Positions 1-9,381 of a stretch of 64,000 nt of DNA are shown here, piece after piece. The notes under the pieces are model-generated. The model made no database searches and was not told the origin of the DNA. It worked only from the letters and a program-made list of their open reading frames with translations. A program made the translations under genes and the position numbers. Source of the DNA: Methanolobus sp. GTDB taxonomy: Archaea > Halobacteriota > Methanosarcinia > Methanosarcinales > Methanosarcinaceae. Location: positions 641 through 64,640 of the forward strand of contig NZ_JADQBY010000003.1 of the NCBI RefSeq assembly GCF_016278385.1, written 5' to 3'. Every line of letters begins with the position of its first letter. Position 1 is the stretch's first letter.

Positions 1-1296
1 TATCTGAACCTCTCCTATGCAATATCTGAATTTGTAAAAGCACTGGTAACTGCCCGGGAAAAAAGCTCAGAAGAGTATGAAGATGAGGCAATATCAGAGT
101 TTGCAGCATCCCTTATGCCTGCAATGCATGTTTCACTCCATTGCCATGAATTTGGCGCATTCTACGCACTGGCTCGTCTGAAGAAGTTAGGCATAAGTAT
201 CAAAACTGTGGCAACATACCACGCAACACTTCCTGGAAGGTCATCGGGACACCGTTCTATCCAGAAGATAAGAGACAACGACAGCTCATGGGACAAAGGT
301 GTACCTGTAAATCATGCAAAACTGGAGTCACTTTCAGCATACGCAGATGTTGTAACAGCCGTAGGTGATTCAACACGCAAGGAAATTAAACTTTTCTACG
401 GCATAGATTCCATAATCGTCCGCAATGGAATAGACAAAGATGATGATGAAATAGACTGGGAAAAGAAAATAGAATGCAGGAAGAAGATACAGGAATTCCT
501 TTCTGAAAAAATTAATCAGGTATATGACAACAAGAAACTACCAGCTGACAGAATAATACCTATTTTTTCAATATCCCGCATAGAGATCGAGAACAAAGGT
601 TATCCGGATCTTCTCGATGCCCTTGTAATACTTGACCGGATGGTTAAAACCGAGATCGATGCAGGTCATCTTGATGAAAACTATCGTGTAATATGTTTCC
701 TTATCGCTGCCCAGGGTCCAAAGACAAATCTCCCTGAGAACTTCCCGATCAACCTTCCTGAAGAAGTACTGGTAGGTGAGGAAATACGCCTGCAACAGAT
801 GATAAAAGCCAGGGGACTTGAATGCTCAAAGATACCTGATGGTACCAGGCACGTTTCAGCAGTGTTATACCCACAGTGGATATCTGACCATGATGGTGGG
901 CTTAACATGAGACCTGACGAATTTATGGCAGGGTGTATCGCTGGTATTTTCCCTTCAAAATATGAACCTTTCCTGCTAACAGGACTTGAGGCAGGCAAGG
1001 AATCAACTCCAAGTATTGTCAGTAAGATATGCGGATTCAGTGACGCACTTAAAACCCTTAAACGACTTGTAATGGGTATGGGGGGAGTAATAGTTGTTGA
1101 CAATATCAATATCCCATATCTTGAATCAATTGCGGATTACGCCCTTGCAATGGATTATTTCATTGATACGTATACAGATGATAAAGTAAAGTACAACCTT
1201 CTTTGCCAGGAAGCAAATCTGCTGGCAAGGGACATGAACTGGGAAGTTCCTATAAAAACATACTATGAGCTTCTCACAGGAACAAGAATGGAGTGA
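1..1296 (+). CDS. GT3-family (eukaryote/Bacteroides-type) glycogen synthase-like glycosyltransferase, 5' partial
   Basis: The frame is open from base 1 with no stop before the ATG at 115, so the gene begins upstream of the window. HCHEFGAFYAL...TYHATLPGRS resembles the HxHEW...THATLLGR core of GT3 glycogen synthases. It is the first gene of the alpha-glucan cluster. Confidence 0.65.
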   Translation, partial: YLNLSYAISEFVKALVTAREKSSEEYEDEAISEFAASLMPAMHVSLHCHEFGAFYALARLKKLGISIKTVATYHATLPGRSSGHRSIQKIRDNDSSWDKGVPVNHAKLESLSAYADVVTAVGDSTRKEIKLFYGIDSIIVRNGIDKDDDEIDWEKKIECRKKIQEFLSEKINQVYDNKKLPADRIIPIFSISRIEIENKGYPDLLDALVILDRMVKTEIDAGHLDENYRVICFLIAAQGPKTNLPENFPINLPEEVLVGEEIRLQQMIKARGLECSKIPDGTRHVSAVLYPQWISDHDGGLNMRPDEFMAGCIAGIFPSKYEPFLLTGLEAGKESTPSIVSKICGFSDALKTLKRLVMGMGGVIVVDNINIPYLESIADYALAMDYFIDTYTDDKVKYNLLCQEANLLARDMNWEVPIKTYYELLTGTRME

Positions 1297-1299
1297 AAT

Positions 1300-2277
1300 A
1301 TGTCTGAAATACGCAAACACTATTTCCTTGATGAACATTGTATAATAGCATTTGGAAGGAGCAAACGACCCTCTGCACCTAAAGCCTGTGGCGATGAAAT
1401 ACAATCTACAAGCTGTGTATTCTGCAAGTGCCATGAAGATGAGACCCCTCTTGCAACTGCTGTGTACAAAAAAGGAGAAATCCTGAAGGACACAGATAAG
1501 CAACGTGTTACTGGATGGGATATAAGATGTATTCCAAATCTTTACCCTGCATTGTCTCCTGATGCCCCGGAAGTTGAAGAGGCTGTATTTGAAGCCAAAA
1601 AAGGCTTTGGATTTCATGAAGTGATCATAGAGAATCCTTTGCATGAAAACAGATTACATCTTTTTTCAGACGATGAGATACTTCTATTGATGAAGACTTA
1701 CAGGGACAGGGTACTGCACTACCAGTCACAGAAAGGAATAAAATATGTCTCCCTTTTCAAGAACTGGGGGAAGAAAGCAGGTGCCTCGCTGGAACATACC
1801 CACTCACAACTCATAGCGCTTCCCATAATGCCATCTTCCATCCTAAAAGAAAAGAAAGCAATAGAAGATATGGAAAACTGCCCCTACTGCAGGATAGTTG
1901 AAAAGGAAAATGGAAAAGAAAGACAGGTGTACGAGAATGATGCTTTCATCCTGATAGCACCATACTATTCCAAATCACCTTATGAGATGTGGATGCTTCC
2001 AAAAGAACATGTGAACCACATATCATCCTTCAGCGATAATATGTTACTATCCCTGGGAGACTGCATCAGGAAAGCAGTTTCATTGCTGGATAACACCATA
2101 CCTGAACTTGCATACAACTACATGTTCTTCCAGCTGGAACACGACCAGAGTTACCATTTCAATGTCCGTATAGCTCCTGTAACTTCAATTGCAGCTGGTT
2201 TTGAGAAGAACACGGACATTTATATCAATACTATGCCACCAGAAGTAGCTGTAAAACATCTGCAGGAGAAAGAATAG
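1300..2277 (+). CDS. galT: GalT-type HIT-family hexose-1-phosphate nucleotidyltransferase (Gal-1-P uridylyltransferase / NDP-glucose phosphorylase class)
   Basis: N-terminal Cys cluster CVFCKC. HTHSQ (HxHxQ) nucleotidyl-histidine motif. About 325 aa. The start lies 3 nt after the upstream stop. Confidence 0.75.
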   Translation: MSEIRKHYFLDEHCIIAFGRSKRPSAPKACGDEIQSTSCVFCKCHEDETPLATAVYKKGEILKDTDKQRVTGWDIRCIPNLYPALSPDAPEVEEAVFEAKKGFGFHEVIIENPLHENRLHLFSDDEILLLMKTYRDRVLHYQSQKGIKYVSLFKNWGKKAGASLEHTHSQLIALPIMPSSILKEKKAIEDMENCPYCRIVEKENGKERQVYENDAFILIAPYYSKSPYEMWMLPKEHVNHISSFSDNMLLSLGDCIRKAVSLLDNTIPELAYNYMFFQLEHDQSYHFNVRIAPVTSIAAGFEKNTDIYINTMPPEVAVKHLQEKE

Positions 2278-2303
2278 GAACTTATGTAAAAGGGGGTAAA
2301 CAA

Positions 2304-3470
2304 ATGAAAAAGAAATTGCGAATAGCTATGTTCTCGTGGGAAAGCCTTCATTCTATTAAAGTTGGAGGACTGGCCCCCCATGTTACCGAACTCTCAGAAG
2401 CCCTGGCCACAATGGGGCATGAAGTTCATATATTCACCCGGAACAGGGATATGATTCCCTATGAAATAGTAAACGGAGTGCATTATCATCGGATCTACCA
2501 TGCCCTTGATGGAGGCATAGTACAACAAATGGATAGCATGTGTGATTCCATGCACACAGCCTTTGTTGAAGCCACACGGGATTTTGGAGATTTTGACATT
2601 ACACATGTTCATGACTGGCATCCTGTAACCCTGGTCTGCAGGTTGAAAGAGGAATACGGCATTCCTTTTGCCATAACCTATCACAGTACGGAATGGGGAC
2701 GAAATGGTAATCAACATGGTACCTGGTGGGAGGCCATGGAGATAAGCCACCGCGAATGGAGAGGCGGATACGAGTCTGCCTGTGTGATATCCACATCCAC
2801 GATCCTTACAAATGAGATACAGCACCTTTATCAGATTCCTGATTACAAGATAGCCATCGTACCCAATGGAATACACGAGAATAAAATACAAATGGAAGTG
2901 GACCCCGGCAAGCTAAAGGAAGAATATGGAATACACCCTTTTGCACCAGTTGTCCTTTTTGTGGGAAGGATGAATTACCAAAAAGGACCTGACCTTTTTG
3001 TAAGGGCTATCCCTGATGTGCTTGCAAGCAAGTGGGATGCAAAATTTGTCATAATCGGCGAAGGAGAGATGAGACCTGAATGTGAAAGGATAACTTACGA
3101 GCTGAACATTCAGGACAGCTGCCATTTCCTGGGTTATGTCGATGAATCCGTTAAGAAGAAATGGATGAATGCCTGCAACCTTATATGTGTCCCAAGCCGT
3201 AACGAACCATTTGGAATCGTTTTGCTTGAAGCATGGGATGTTAGCAAGAATATAGTTGCAACAAATGCAATATCCCTTATAGATAATTTCAAGGACGGGG
3301 TTATAGTTTACCAGAATCCGGATTCCATTGCATGGGGAATAAATCATGTTTTTAACAATTATGCTGATGATGAACTTGGAAAGGAAGGAAAGAAGCTCAT
3401 CGGAACGAGATATAATTGGAATAACATAGCCAAAATGACCATTGATGTTTACATGAACATGCTTTCATAA
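2304..3470 (+). CDS. GT-B glycogen/alpha-glucan synthase-like glycosyltransferase (GlgA-like)
   Basis: N-terminus IAMFSWESLHSIKVGGLAPHVTELSEALATMGHEVHIFT. C-terminal PSRNEPFGIVLLEA GT-B motif. It has a paralog at 13420-14586. Confidence 0.7.
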   Translation: MKKKLRIAMFSWESLHSIKVGGLAPHVTELSEALATMGHEVHIFTRNRDMIPYEIVNGVHYHRIYHALDGGIVQQMDSMCDSMHTAFVEATRDFGDFDITHVHDWHPVTLVCRLKEEYGIPFAITYHSTEWGRNGNQHGTWWEAMEISHREWRGGYESACVISTSTILTNEIQHLYQIPDYKIAIVPNGIHENKIQMEVDPGKLKEEYGIHPFAPVVLFVGRMNYQKGPDLFVRAIPDVLASKWDAKFVIIGEGEMRPECERITYELNIQDSCHFLGYVDESVKKKWMNACNLICVPSRNEPFGIVLLEAWDVSKNIVATNAISLIDNFKDGVIVYQNPDSIAWGINHVFNNYADDELGKEGKKLIGTRYNWNNIAKMTIDVYMNMLS

Positions 3471-3515
3471 ACATTCAATATCATATTTATTTCAGGAAAG
3501 TTAAGTTCAAAAGGG

Positions 3516-4589
3516 GTGTTATGTATCAGGAAATTAACTAACCGGGTTTCAAGAAAAGCAGGTCTGTCACCTGGAAGTCTGGTGCATGTGGGAGAAGAGA
3601 GGACTGAGAAACCAAAAATCACCATAATAGACTATGACAGGGACAACTATCAGGAAAGAGTTGTCGAAAACGTAGAGGAATGTTTCCCATTCAAGGATTA
3701 TCCCACAGTGTCATGGATCAATGTTGATGGGATACATCAGGTGGATATAATTGAAAAACTCGGTAAGCACTTTGGCCTGCATCCTCTTGTCATGGAGGAT
3801 ATTGTCCACACAAGCCAGAGACCAAAGATGGAGGATTACGACTCCTACATTTATGTTGTTCTTAAAATGCTCTGGTTTGAAGATGGCGATACCGATGTAA
3901 AGACTGAACAGGTCAGTATAATACTCGGGAAAAACTTTGTACTGTCATTTCAGGAAATGGAAGGCGATACTTTTAATTTTCTAAGGGAACGTATCAGGAA
4001 TTCCAAAGGAAGGGTACGCCTGATGGGTGCTGATTACCTTGCATATGCTCTTCTGGATTCTATAGTTGACAACTATTTTATAATAATTGAAAAGTTTGGA
4101 GATATAATAGAGGATCTTGAAAACAAACTGATACAGAATCCATCGCCTGAAACCCTGCAAAATATCCATGACCTGAAGAAGGAAATGATATACCTGCGCA
4201 AGTCTGTATGGCCTCTTCGGGAAGTTATAAACGGGCTGGAAAGAACCGAATCACCACTGATAGAAGATACGACATTTGTATTTCTTAAAGATGTCTATGA
4301 CCATACGATACAGGTAGCCGAAACTGTGGAAACTTACAGAGATATACTCTCGGGGATACTGGATGTCTATTTATCAAGCGTCAGCAATAAGATGAACGAA
4401 GTTATGAAAACACTTACCATCATAGCGACCATCTTCATACCACTGACATTCCTTGCCGGAATTTATGGGATGAATTTCACTTATATGCCAGAACTTGGAT
4501 GGAAGTGGGGATATCCTGCTGTTTGGACTATCAATATAACAATATTCCTGTCAATGTACATATACTTCCGGAAAAAGAACTGGCTTTAA
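3516..4589 (+). CDS. corA: CorA-family magnesium/cobalt transporter
   Basis: YGMNF (GMN) signature followed by two C-terminal hydrophobic helices. About 357 aa. The called start is GTG, so the exact start is uncertain. Confidence 0.9.
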   Translation: MLCIRKLTNRVSRKAGLSPGSLVHVGEERTEKPKITIIDYDRDNYQERVVENVEECFPFKDYPTVSWINVDGIHQVDIIEKLGKHFGLHPLVMEDIVHTSQRPKMEDYDSYIYVVLKMLWFEDGDTDVKTEQVSIILGKNFVLSFQEMEGDTFNFLRERIRNSKGRVRLMGADYLAYALLDSIVDNYFIIIEKFGDIIEDLENKLIQNPSPETLQNIHDLKKEMIYLRKSVWPLREVINGLERTESPLIEDTTFVFLKDVYDHTIQVAETVETYRDILSGILDVYLSSVSNKMNEVMKTLTIIATIFIPLTFLAGIYGMNFTYMPELGWKWGYPAVWTINITIFLSMYIYFRKKNWL

Positions 4590-4619
4590 TAAAAACTGGA
4601 TAACGGACACCGATAGAAA

Positions 4620-5333
4620 ATGTTTGAGATATATCATCCACCATTTACAGTAGAAATTGAAGATACTGTCATCACAGTTGAGAAACAGGGAAACGACCTT
4701 GTATATAAACGCACGTTGAAGGGAGAAGAAGAGACTGAACTTGTATTGCTAAATAACGATGGTGATATTCTTATAAATCCTATAGAACCAGTAAATCTTC
4801 CAAGCAAGCTCACATCATTCCTGCTCATAGACTTCAAGCGCCCTGCTCTGATACGTCCTGGTGACAGGAGGAATATATATCTTACATTTCCTGTGGAAAT
4901 AGGGGCATTCGTTTCGGACAAGGCAGGGAACCACGAAGTAATTGATATCTTCACATATTCCAGAGTGAAGTTCACACTTTATGGAGGTCACAATAAAGGA
5001 CTCATTTGCAGGCACTGGGAAAGCGATGTATTTAGCGAAATACCCAAAACAAATACACTCTATGAGGGATACATAGAACTTGAGATAATTAATGATTCAA
5101 GCCACCTGATGGAAGTCACAAAAGCTGTTTTCAATGCTTATGGAATGAAGATATACTACGGGGATAAAAGACTTGGCGTGAAAGCGTCAATGAGGATCAT
5201 AAATAAGCTCCTTGCCGAAACCGATTTTAGCACATATCCCACCACTTCAAGATTTAAAAGATCAATGGAACTTTATACTTCACGCAAACTCATAATCAAC
5301 GGAACAAAGGGAATAATGGAGTTCGGTTTATGA
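4620..5333 (+). CDS. conserved archaeal hypothetical protein (DUF432-like by recollection)
   Basis: 237-aa ORF whose stop overlaps the MscS start (ATGA). No catalytic motif was recognised, and the family call comes from memory only. Confidence 0.5.
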   Translation: MFEIYHPPFTVEIEDTVITVEKQGNDLVYKRTLKGEEETELVLLNNDGDILINPIEPVNLPSKLTSFLLIDFKRPALIRPGDRRNIYLTFPVEIGAFVSDKAGNHEVIDIFTYSRVKFTLYGGHNKGLICRHWESDVFSEIPKTNTLYEGYIELEIINDSSHLMEVTKAVFNAYGMKIYYGDKRLGVKASMRIINKLLAETDFSTYPTTSRFKRSMELYTSRKLIINGTKGIMEFGL

Positions 5334-6205
5334 ACAACAGCAGTATAGCAGCATATATCCCTCAACTTTCAGATCCATTCCTAAAGGCAATCACAGTAAT
5401 AGCCATATTAGTTTTTGCTGTTATAATTAGCAAGGGTATAACAATATACCTGCAGCGCTCACTTAAAGACAAGATGGACAAAGAACACCTCAACATCCTG
5501 CTCAAAACCATCTATTACGGAATAGTAATCGTTGCAATCGTAGGATTTATCTTTCCTTTACTTAATATCAACACATCCGGTCTGCTTGTTGCCGGTGGTT
5601 TTGCGGGGATAGTAATCGGTTTTGCCAGCCAGAGCATAGTAGGTAACTTCATCTCCGGCATATTTCTGATGATAGAACGCCCTGTAAAGATAGGTGACCA
5701 GGTAAATATTGATAACAAGATGGGATACGTTGAAGATATAAAAATAATATCGACCATCATCCGTACATTTGACGGACTCTATGTCAGGCTTCCAAATGAG
5801 ACTGTATTCACCACCAGCATCACAAACTATGTGGCAAACCTTGCCAGGAGATTCGAATATGTTGTTGGTATCCGTTACGAAGACGATGCTGATATAGCTA
5901 TAAAGATTATCAAGGACCTTATAGATGAACAGCCATATGCACTTATTAACCCTTCACCTAATGTTTTTGTAGATAATTTAGGAGATAATTCAGTCAACAT
6001 TACTGTAAGAGTATGGGCACCTGCCACTGAATGGTATGATCTGAGAACAAAGCTTCTCTGGATAATAAAAAAGACACTTGAAGAGAACGGTATAGAGATA
6101 GCCTTCCCACAAAGAACAATATGGTTTGCCAGCGAGCTCAATACAAGAAATAGCCGTGCAGGATATGTGGAAAATGGCATGGATAATGGAATTGATGAAT
6201 CATGA
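5330..6205 (+). CDS. MscS-family mechanosensitive ion channel
   Basis: Three N-terminal TM helices, then GNFISGIFLMIERPVKIGDQV, typical of the MscS pore/beta-domain junction. There are ATGA overlaps at both ends. Confidence 0.85.
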   Translation: MNNSSIAAYIPQLSDPFLKAITVIAILVFAVIISKGITIYLQRSLKDKMDKEHLNILLKTIYYGIVIVAIVGFIFPLLNINTSGLLVAGGFAGIVIGFASQSIVGNFISGIFLMIERPVKIGDQVNIDNKMGYVEDIKIISTIIRTFDGLYVRLPNETVFTTSITNYVANLARRFEYVVGIRYEDDADIAIKIIKDLIDEQPYALINPSPNVFVDNLGDNSVNITVRVWAPATEWYDLRTKLLWIIKKTLEENGIEIAFPQRTIWFASELNTRNSRAGYVENGMDNGIDES

Positions 6206-7332
6206 AAGCTGTATGCATTTGTTTTGAAGTACATCTGCCTCTACCCCTGCGCTGGTACTGGCCCAGGGAAGGGTATGGTGAAGTCCATATGGAGAAATAC
6301 TTTGATATGGAGAAAGCATTCCATAATTTCACAAAACTTGCGGAGAATGTGGAAACGCTTAACGATACCCTGGCAGAGTCTATAAATAACGGGGGCAAAT
6401 ATACTCTGGATGTGTCCGGTGTGTTCCTTGAGCAATGCAAATGGGCACCTGAAGTTATAGAAAGCTTCAGAAAACTTGACAAAAAAAAGGTATCTTTTGC
6501 AGCCTCACCTTACTATCACTCTGTCTGTTCAATGTTCCCTGATATGAAAGAATTCAAGGAACAGGTTGAAATGGATGTCAATATTATCAGGGAAATTTTT
6601 GGCAGGGAAGCAAAGACATTTGTGAACACCGAACTTCTTTTTGAAAAAAAGGCACTCAAAGTGCTCAAAGGAATGGGATTCAAGTGTTTTATTTCAGAAG
6701 GTTCCCACAACATAATGAATGGTTATGACCCCATGCATGTTTACAACAATGATATCCCCACACTCCTTCGACATATAAAACTGAGTGAGGACCTTGAGAT
6801 CAAATTTTCTGACATGGCATGGTCCGGATATCCACTTATAGCAGATAAGTTCGCATCATGGATAGCAAGTATGGAAGGAGATGTTATAACTCTCTACATA
6901 AAATATGATGCCATAAACACCCACCTGCAGAACAATAAGGAAATACTCAAATTCCTGAAGGAAATTCCCCTGAGTTTCAAAAAGCACGGGATCAAAATGG
7001 TGTTAGCCGAAGAAGCCGTGGAGATGTTCGAAAAGACAGAACTTTCATCCCTTGATTCAAAGATAACAGCACGCTATGGAATGCATAACCTGCTGGGAAA
7101 CCATGCACAACACCTCTTTATGCATGAGCTTGTAGATATTGGTGAAAAGCTCAAAACGATAAAGTATCCGGAAAACAAAAAGGAAATCAAAAGAATATAT
7201 CGCTACCTACAACAGAGTGAGAACTTCCTGGAAATGAACTCTGAAGAAAGACGCCTTGGGTATGAAAGAGCCGTTAACACCCTTTCAATACTTTCCGACA
7301 TCGAACGTGCCATATTGGAGGTAGAAAAATGA
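6202..7332 (+). CDS. GH57-family protein, probably catalytically degenerate paralog
   Basis: The N-terminus ICFEVHLPLPLRWYWP matches the GH57 start, and NTELLFE is retained. The position aligned to the DYETFGEH block of the neighbour reads KYDAINTH. Confidence 0.65.
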   Translation: MKAVCICFEVHLPLPLRWYWPREGYGEVHMEKYFDMEKAFHNFTKLAENVETLNDTLAESINNGGKYTLDVSGVFLEQCKWAPEVIESFRKLDKKKVSFAASPYYHSVCSMFPDMKEFKEQVEMDVNIIREIFGREAKTFVNTELLFEKKALKVLKGMGFKCFISEGSHNIMNGYDPMHVYNNDIPTLLRHIKLSEDLEIKFSDMAWSGYPLIADKFASWIASMEGDVITLYIKYDAINTHLQNNKEILKFLKEIPLSFKKHGIKMVLAEEAVEMFEKTELSSLDSKITARYGMHNLLGNHAQHLFMHELVDIGEKLKTIKYPENKKEIKRIYRYLQQSENFLEMNSEERRLGYERAVNTLSILSDIERAILEVEK

Positions 7333-8525
7333 ATTCCATCTGTCCCTTTTTTGAGGTCCACCAGCCATACCGGCTCAGGTGGTTCTGGCCTGACAATAAA
7401 CAGGGTTTTAACAGGTACTTTGACGAAGCTGTAAATAAGGAAATATTCTTGAAAGTTGCAGGGAAATGCTACCTTCCTACAAACAGGACCCTGCTCGAAC
7501 TTACAGATAGTACCGATGGTAAATTCAGGGCAAGCATGTCAGTTACCGGCACCCTGCTTGAGCAGTGCCAAGAATGGGGAGAAGATGTACTTGACTCCTT
7601 CCGCGACCTTGCAGAAACAGGATGTATAGAATTCCTGGATGAAACGTGTTATCATTCCCTTGCATCTCTTTTTGAATCAAAGGAAGAGTTCATGGATGAG
7701 GTGAAAGAGCACCGCGACCTCATATCTGAACTACTGGGAATCACTCCGCGTATATTCAGGAATACAGAGATGCTGTATAATAACAGCATTGCGCGCTTCG
7801 CAGATCAGATGGGATATAAGGCAATAATGACAGAGGGTATTGAACGTGTTCTTGCAGGCAGGTCCCCTGACCATGTATATAAGGCAAAAGATGCGAATAT
7901 AGCAGTCCTGCTACGCAATTACAAATTAAGCGATGATATAGGATATCGTTTTTCATCCATATGGTGGGAAGAATATCCGCTTACTGCCAGTAAGTGGGCA
8001 GACTGGGCGTCCGGGAATACAGGTGAAACCCTGAACATCTTCATGGATTACGAAACATTTGGCGAACATCAGTGGGAAGAAACAGGCATCTTTGATTTCC
8101 TCGGGGCACTGCCCGGTGAGGTTATGGATAGAGGGATGCGTTTCCTTACACCGTCACAGACAATTGAAGCCTACAAACCTGCCGGGGAGATAGATGTAGG
8201 TGAATTTTCCACGATATCGTGGGCTGATATTGAAAGGGATACCAGTGCATGGCTTGGAAATGATATGCAACGACGTTGTTTAGAGGAAATGAAAATTCTT
8301 GAAAGCTATGTTAAAAAGACTGGTGATGCAGAACTGCTGAGGATATGGAAACACCTGCTTACATCAGACCACTACTATTACATGAGCACAAAGTGGCTTG
8401 GCGACGGGGATGTACATTCCTATTTCAGCATACACAGCAGCCCTTACGATGCAGCAGTGAACTTCATGGCAGCATTGACAGATTTCAAGGCTCATGTATT
8501 CAGAACCCTCACATTAACAGAATAA
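7329..8525 (+). CDS. GH57-family alpha-amylase/alpha-glucanase
   Basis: CPFFEVHQPYRLRWFWP, FRNTEMLYN (nucleophile Glu region) and NIFMDYETFGEHQWEE (acid/base Asp region). Confidence 0.8.
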   Translation: MNSICPFFEVHQPYRLRWFWPDNKQGFNRYFDEAVNKEIFLKVAGKCYLPTNRTLLELTDSTDGKFRASMSVTGTLLEQCQEWGEDVLDSFRDLAETGCIEFLDETCYHSLASLFESKEEFMDEVKEHRDLISELLGITPRIFRNTEMLYNNSIARFADQMGYKAIMTEGIERVLAGRSPDHVYKAKDANIAVLLRNYKLSDDIGYRFSSIWWEEYPLTASKWADWASGNTGETLNIFMDYETFGEHQWEETGIFDFLGALPGEVMDRGMRFLTPSQTIEAYKPAGEIDVGEFSTISWADIERDTSAWLGNDMQRRCLEEMKILESYVKKTGDAELLRIWKHLLTSDHYYYMSTKWLGDGDVHSYFSIHSSPYDAAVNFMAALTDFKAHVFRTLTLTE

Positions 8526-8571
8526 TAATATATTGTTTAAAGTCTTACTTATTTACCGGGAGTGTTAGTAC

Positions 8572-9381
8572 ATGGTAAGAGACCTTTATACGTTCTCCAA
8601 AGTGGACAAAGAAGCAGATGTAGTCTGGTTCAAAGTCATATATGAGAACACAGTTCATTCTGAAGCAGATATAACATCATTTTTTGCAGAGAAAAACCTT
8701 GACATCAGATTTGCGTACCTTGATAGCTCGGAAGATCCTAGCAAAGGCAAGTATGTTATGTTCACAGAGGCTAAAAAAGGCAGGGATATCAAAAGTATTG
8801 CAGATGAACTGGAACAAATGAATGTAGTACTTGATATAGACTGGGGATTTTCAAAGAACAGAGTGATCCAATCTGTAGAATTCCCCTTGCACTTGCTTGG
8901 TGACAGAGCCATCATTATCAGGGCAAAGACTTTTATAAATTTCCTCGATGTTCTGAATGAACACGTACCACAATCAGAAGGACTGCTAACCATAGTCGGA
9001 CTGAAGAACGGAGAAGGTGCTGCAAAATATCTGCGCGAAATGACAGATCTCAATGACAAAAACTTCCTTGACCTCCTCAGGGAATTACTTATGGCTGCAG
9101 GCTGGGGTATTCTTGATTATGACATTGATACTGTTGAACTTAAAGGAAGCGCAACAATCACTGACTCGTTCATTGCAGGAGAATATAGAGACAGTGATGT
9201 CCCTGTATGCGGATATATCAGTGGTTTTCTTGCAGGATACATTTCTGAATCTTTGAGCAGAACTGTCCAGGTCAGGGAAACAAGATGTAAAAGTATGGGT
9301 GACCCTTTCTGTGAGCACGTAATTTCACCTGCTCCAAAAGGAGTAAAGATAGAGCATTTACTCAGGGGCGAATCATATTGA
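8572..9381 (+). CDS. V4R (4-vinyl-reductase-type) ligand-binding domain protein
   Basis: The C-terminal CGYISGFLAGYISESLSRTVQVRETRCKSMGDPFCEH matches the V4R C...G...G...E..C...GD..C signature. The N-terminal ~120 aa are unassigned. Confidence 0.65.
   Translation: MVRDLYTFSKVDKEADVVWFKVIYENTVHSEADITSFFAEKNLDIRFAYLDSSEDPSKGKYVMFTEAKKGRDIKSIADELEQMNVVLDIDWGFSKNRVIQSVEFPLHLLGDRAIIIRAKTFINFLDVLNEHVPQSEGLLTIVGLKNGEGAAKYLREMTDLNDKNFLDLLRELLMAAGWGILDYDIDTVELKGSATITDSFIAGEYRDSDVPVCGYISGFLAGYISESLSRTVQVRETRCKSMGDPFCEHVISPAPKGVKIEHLLRGESY

Noticed and set aside
681-1644. Minus-strand ORFs 681-1109 and 1126-1644. The same applies to similar shadow ORFs opposite strong CDSs across the window, such as 2394-2891, 8655-9059, 45880-46365, 47358-47837 and 62489-63013.
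   Set aside because: Each one overlaps a motif-supported gene on the other strand, and none has a recognisable domain or ribosome-binding site.
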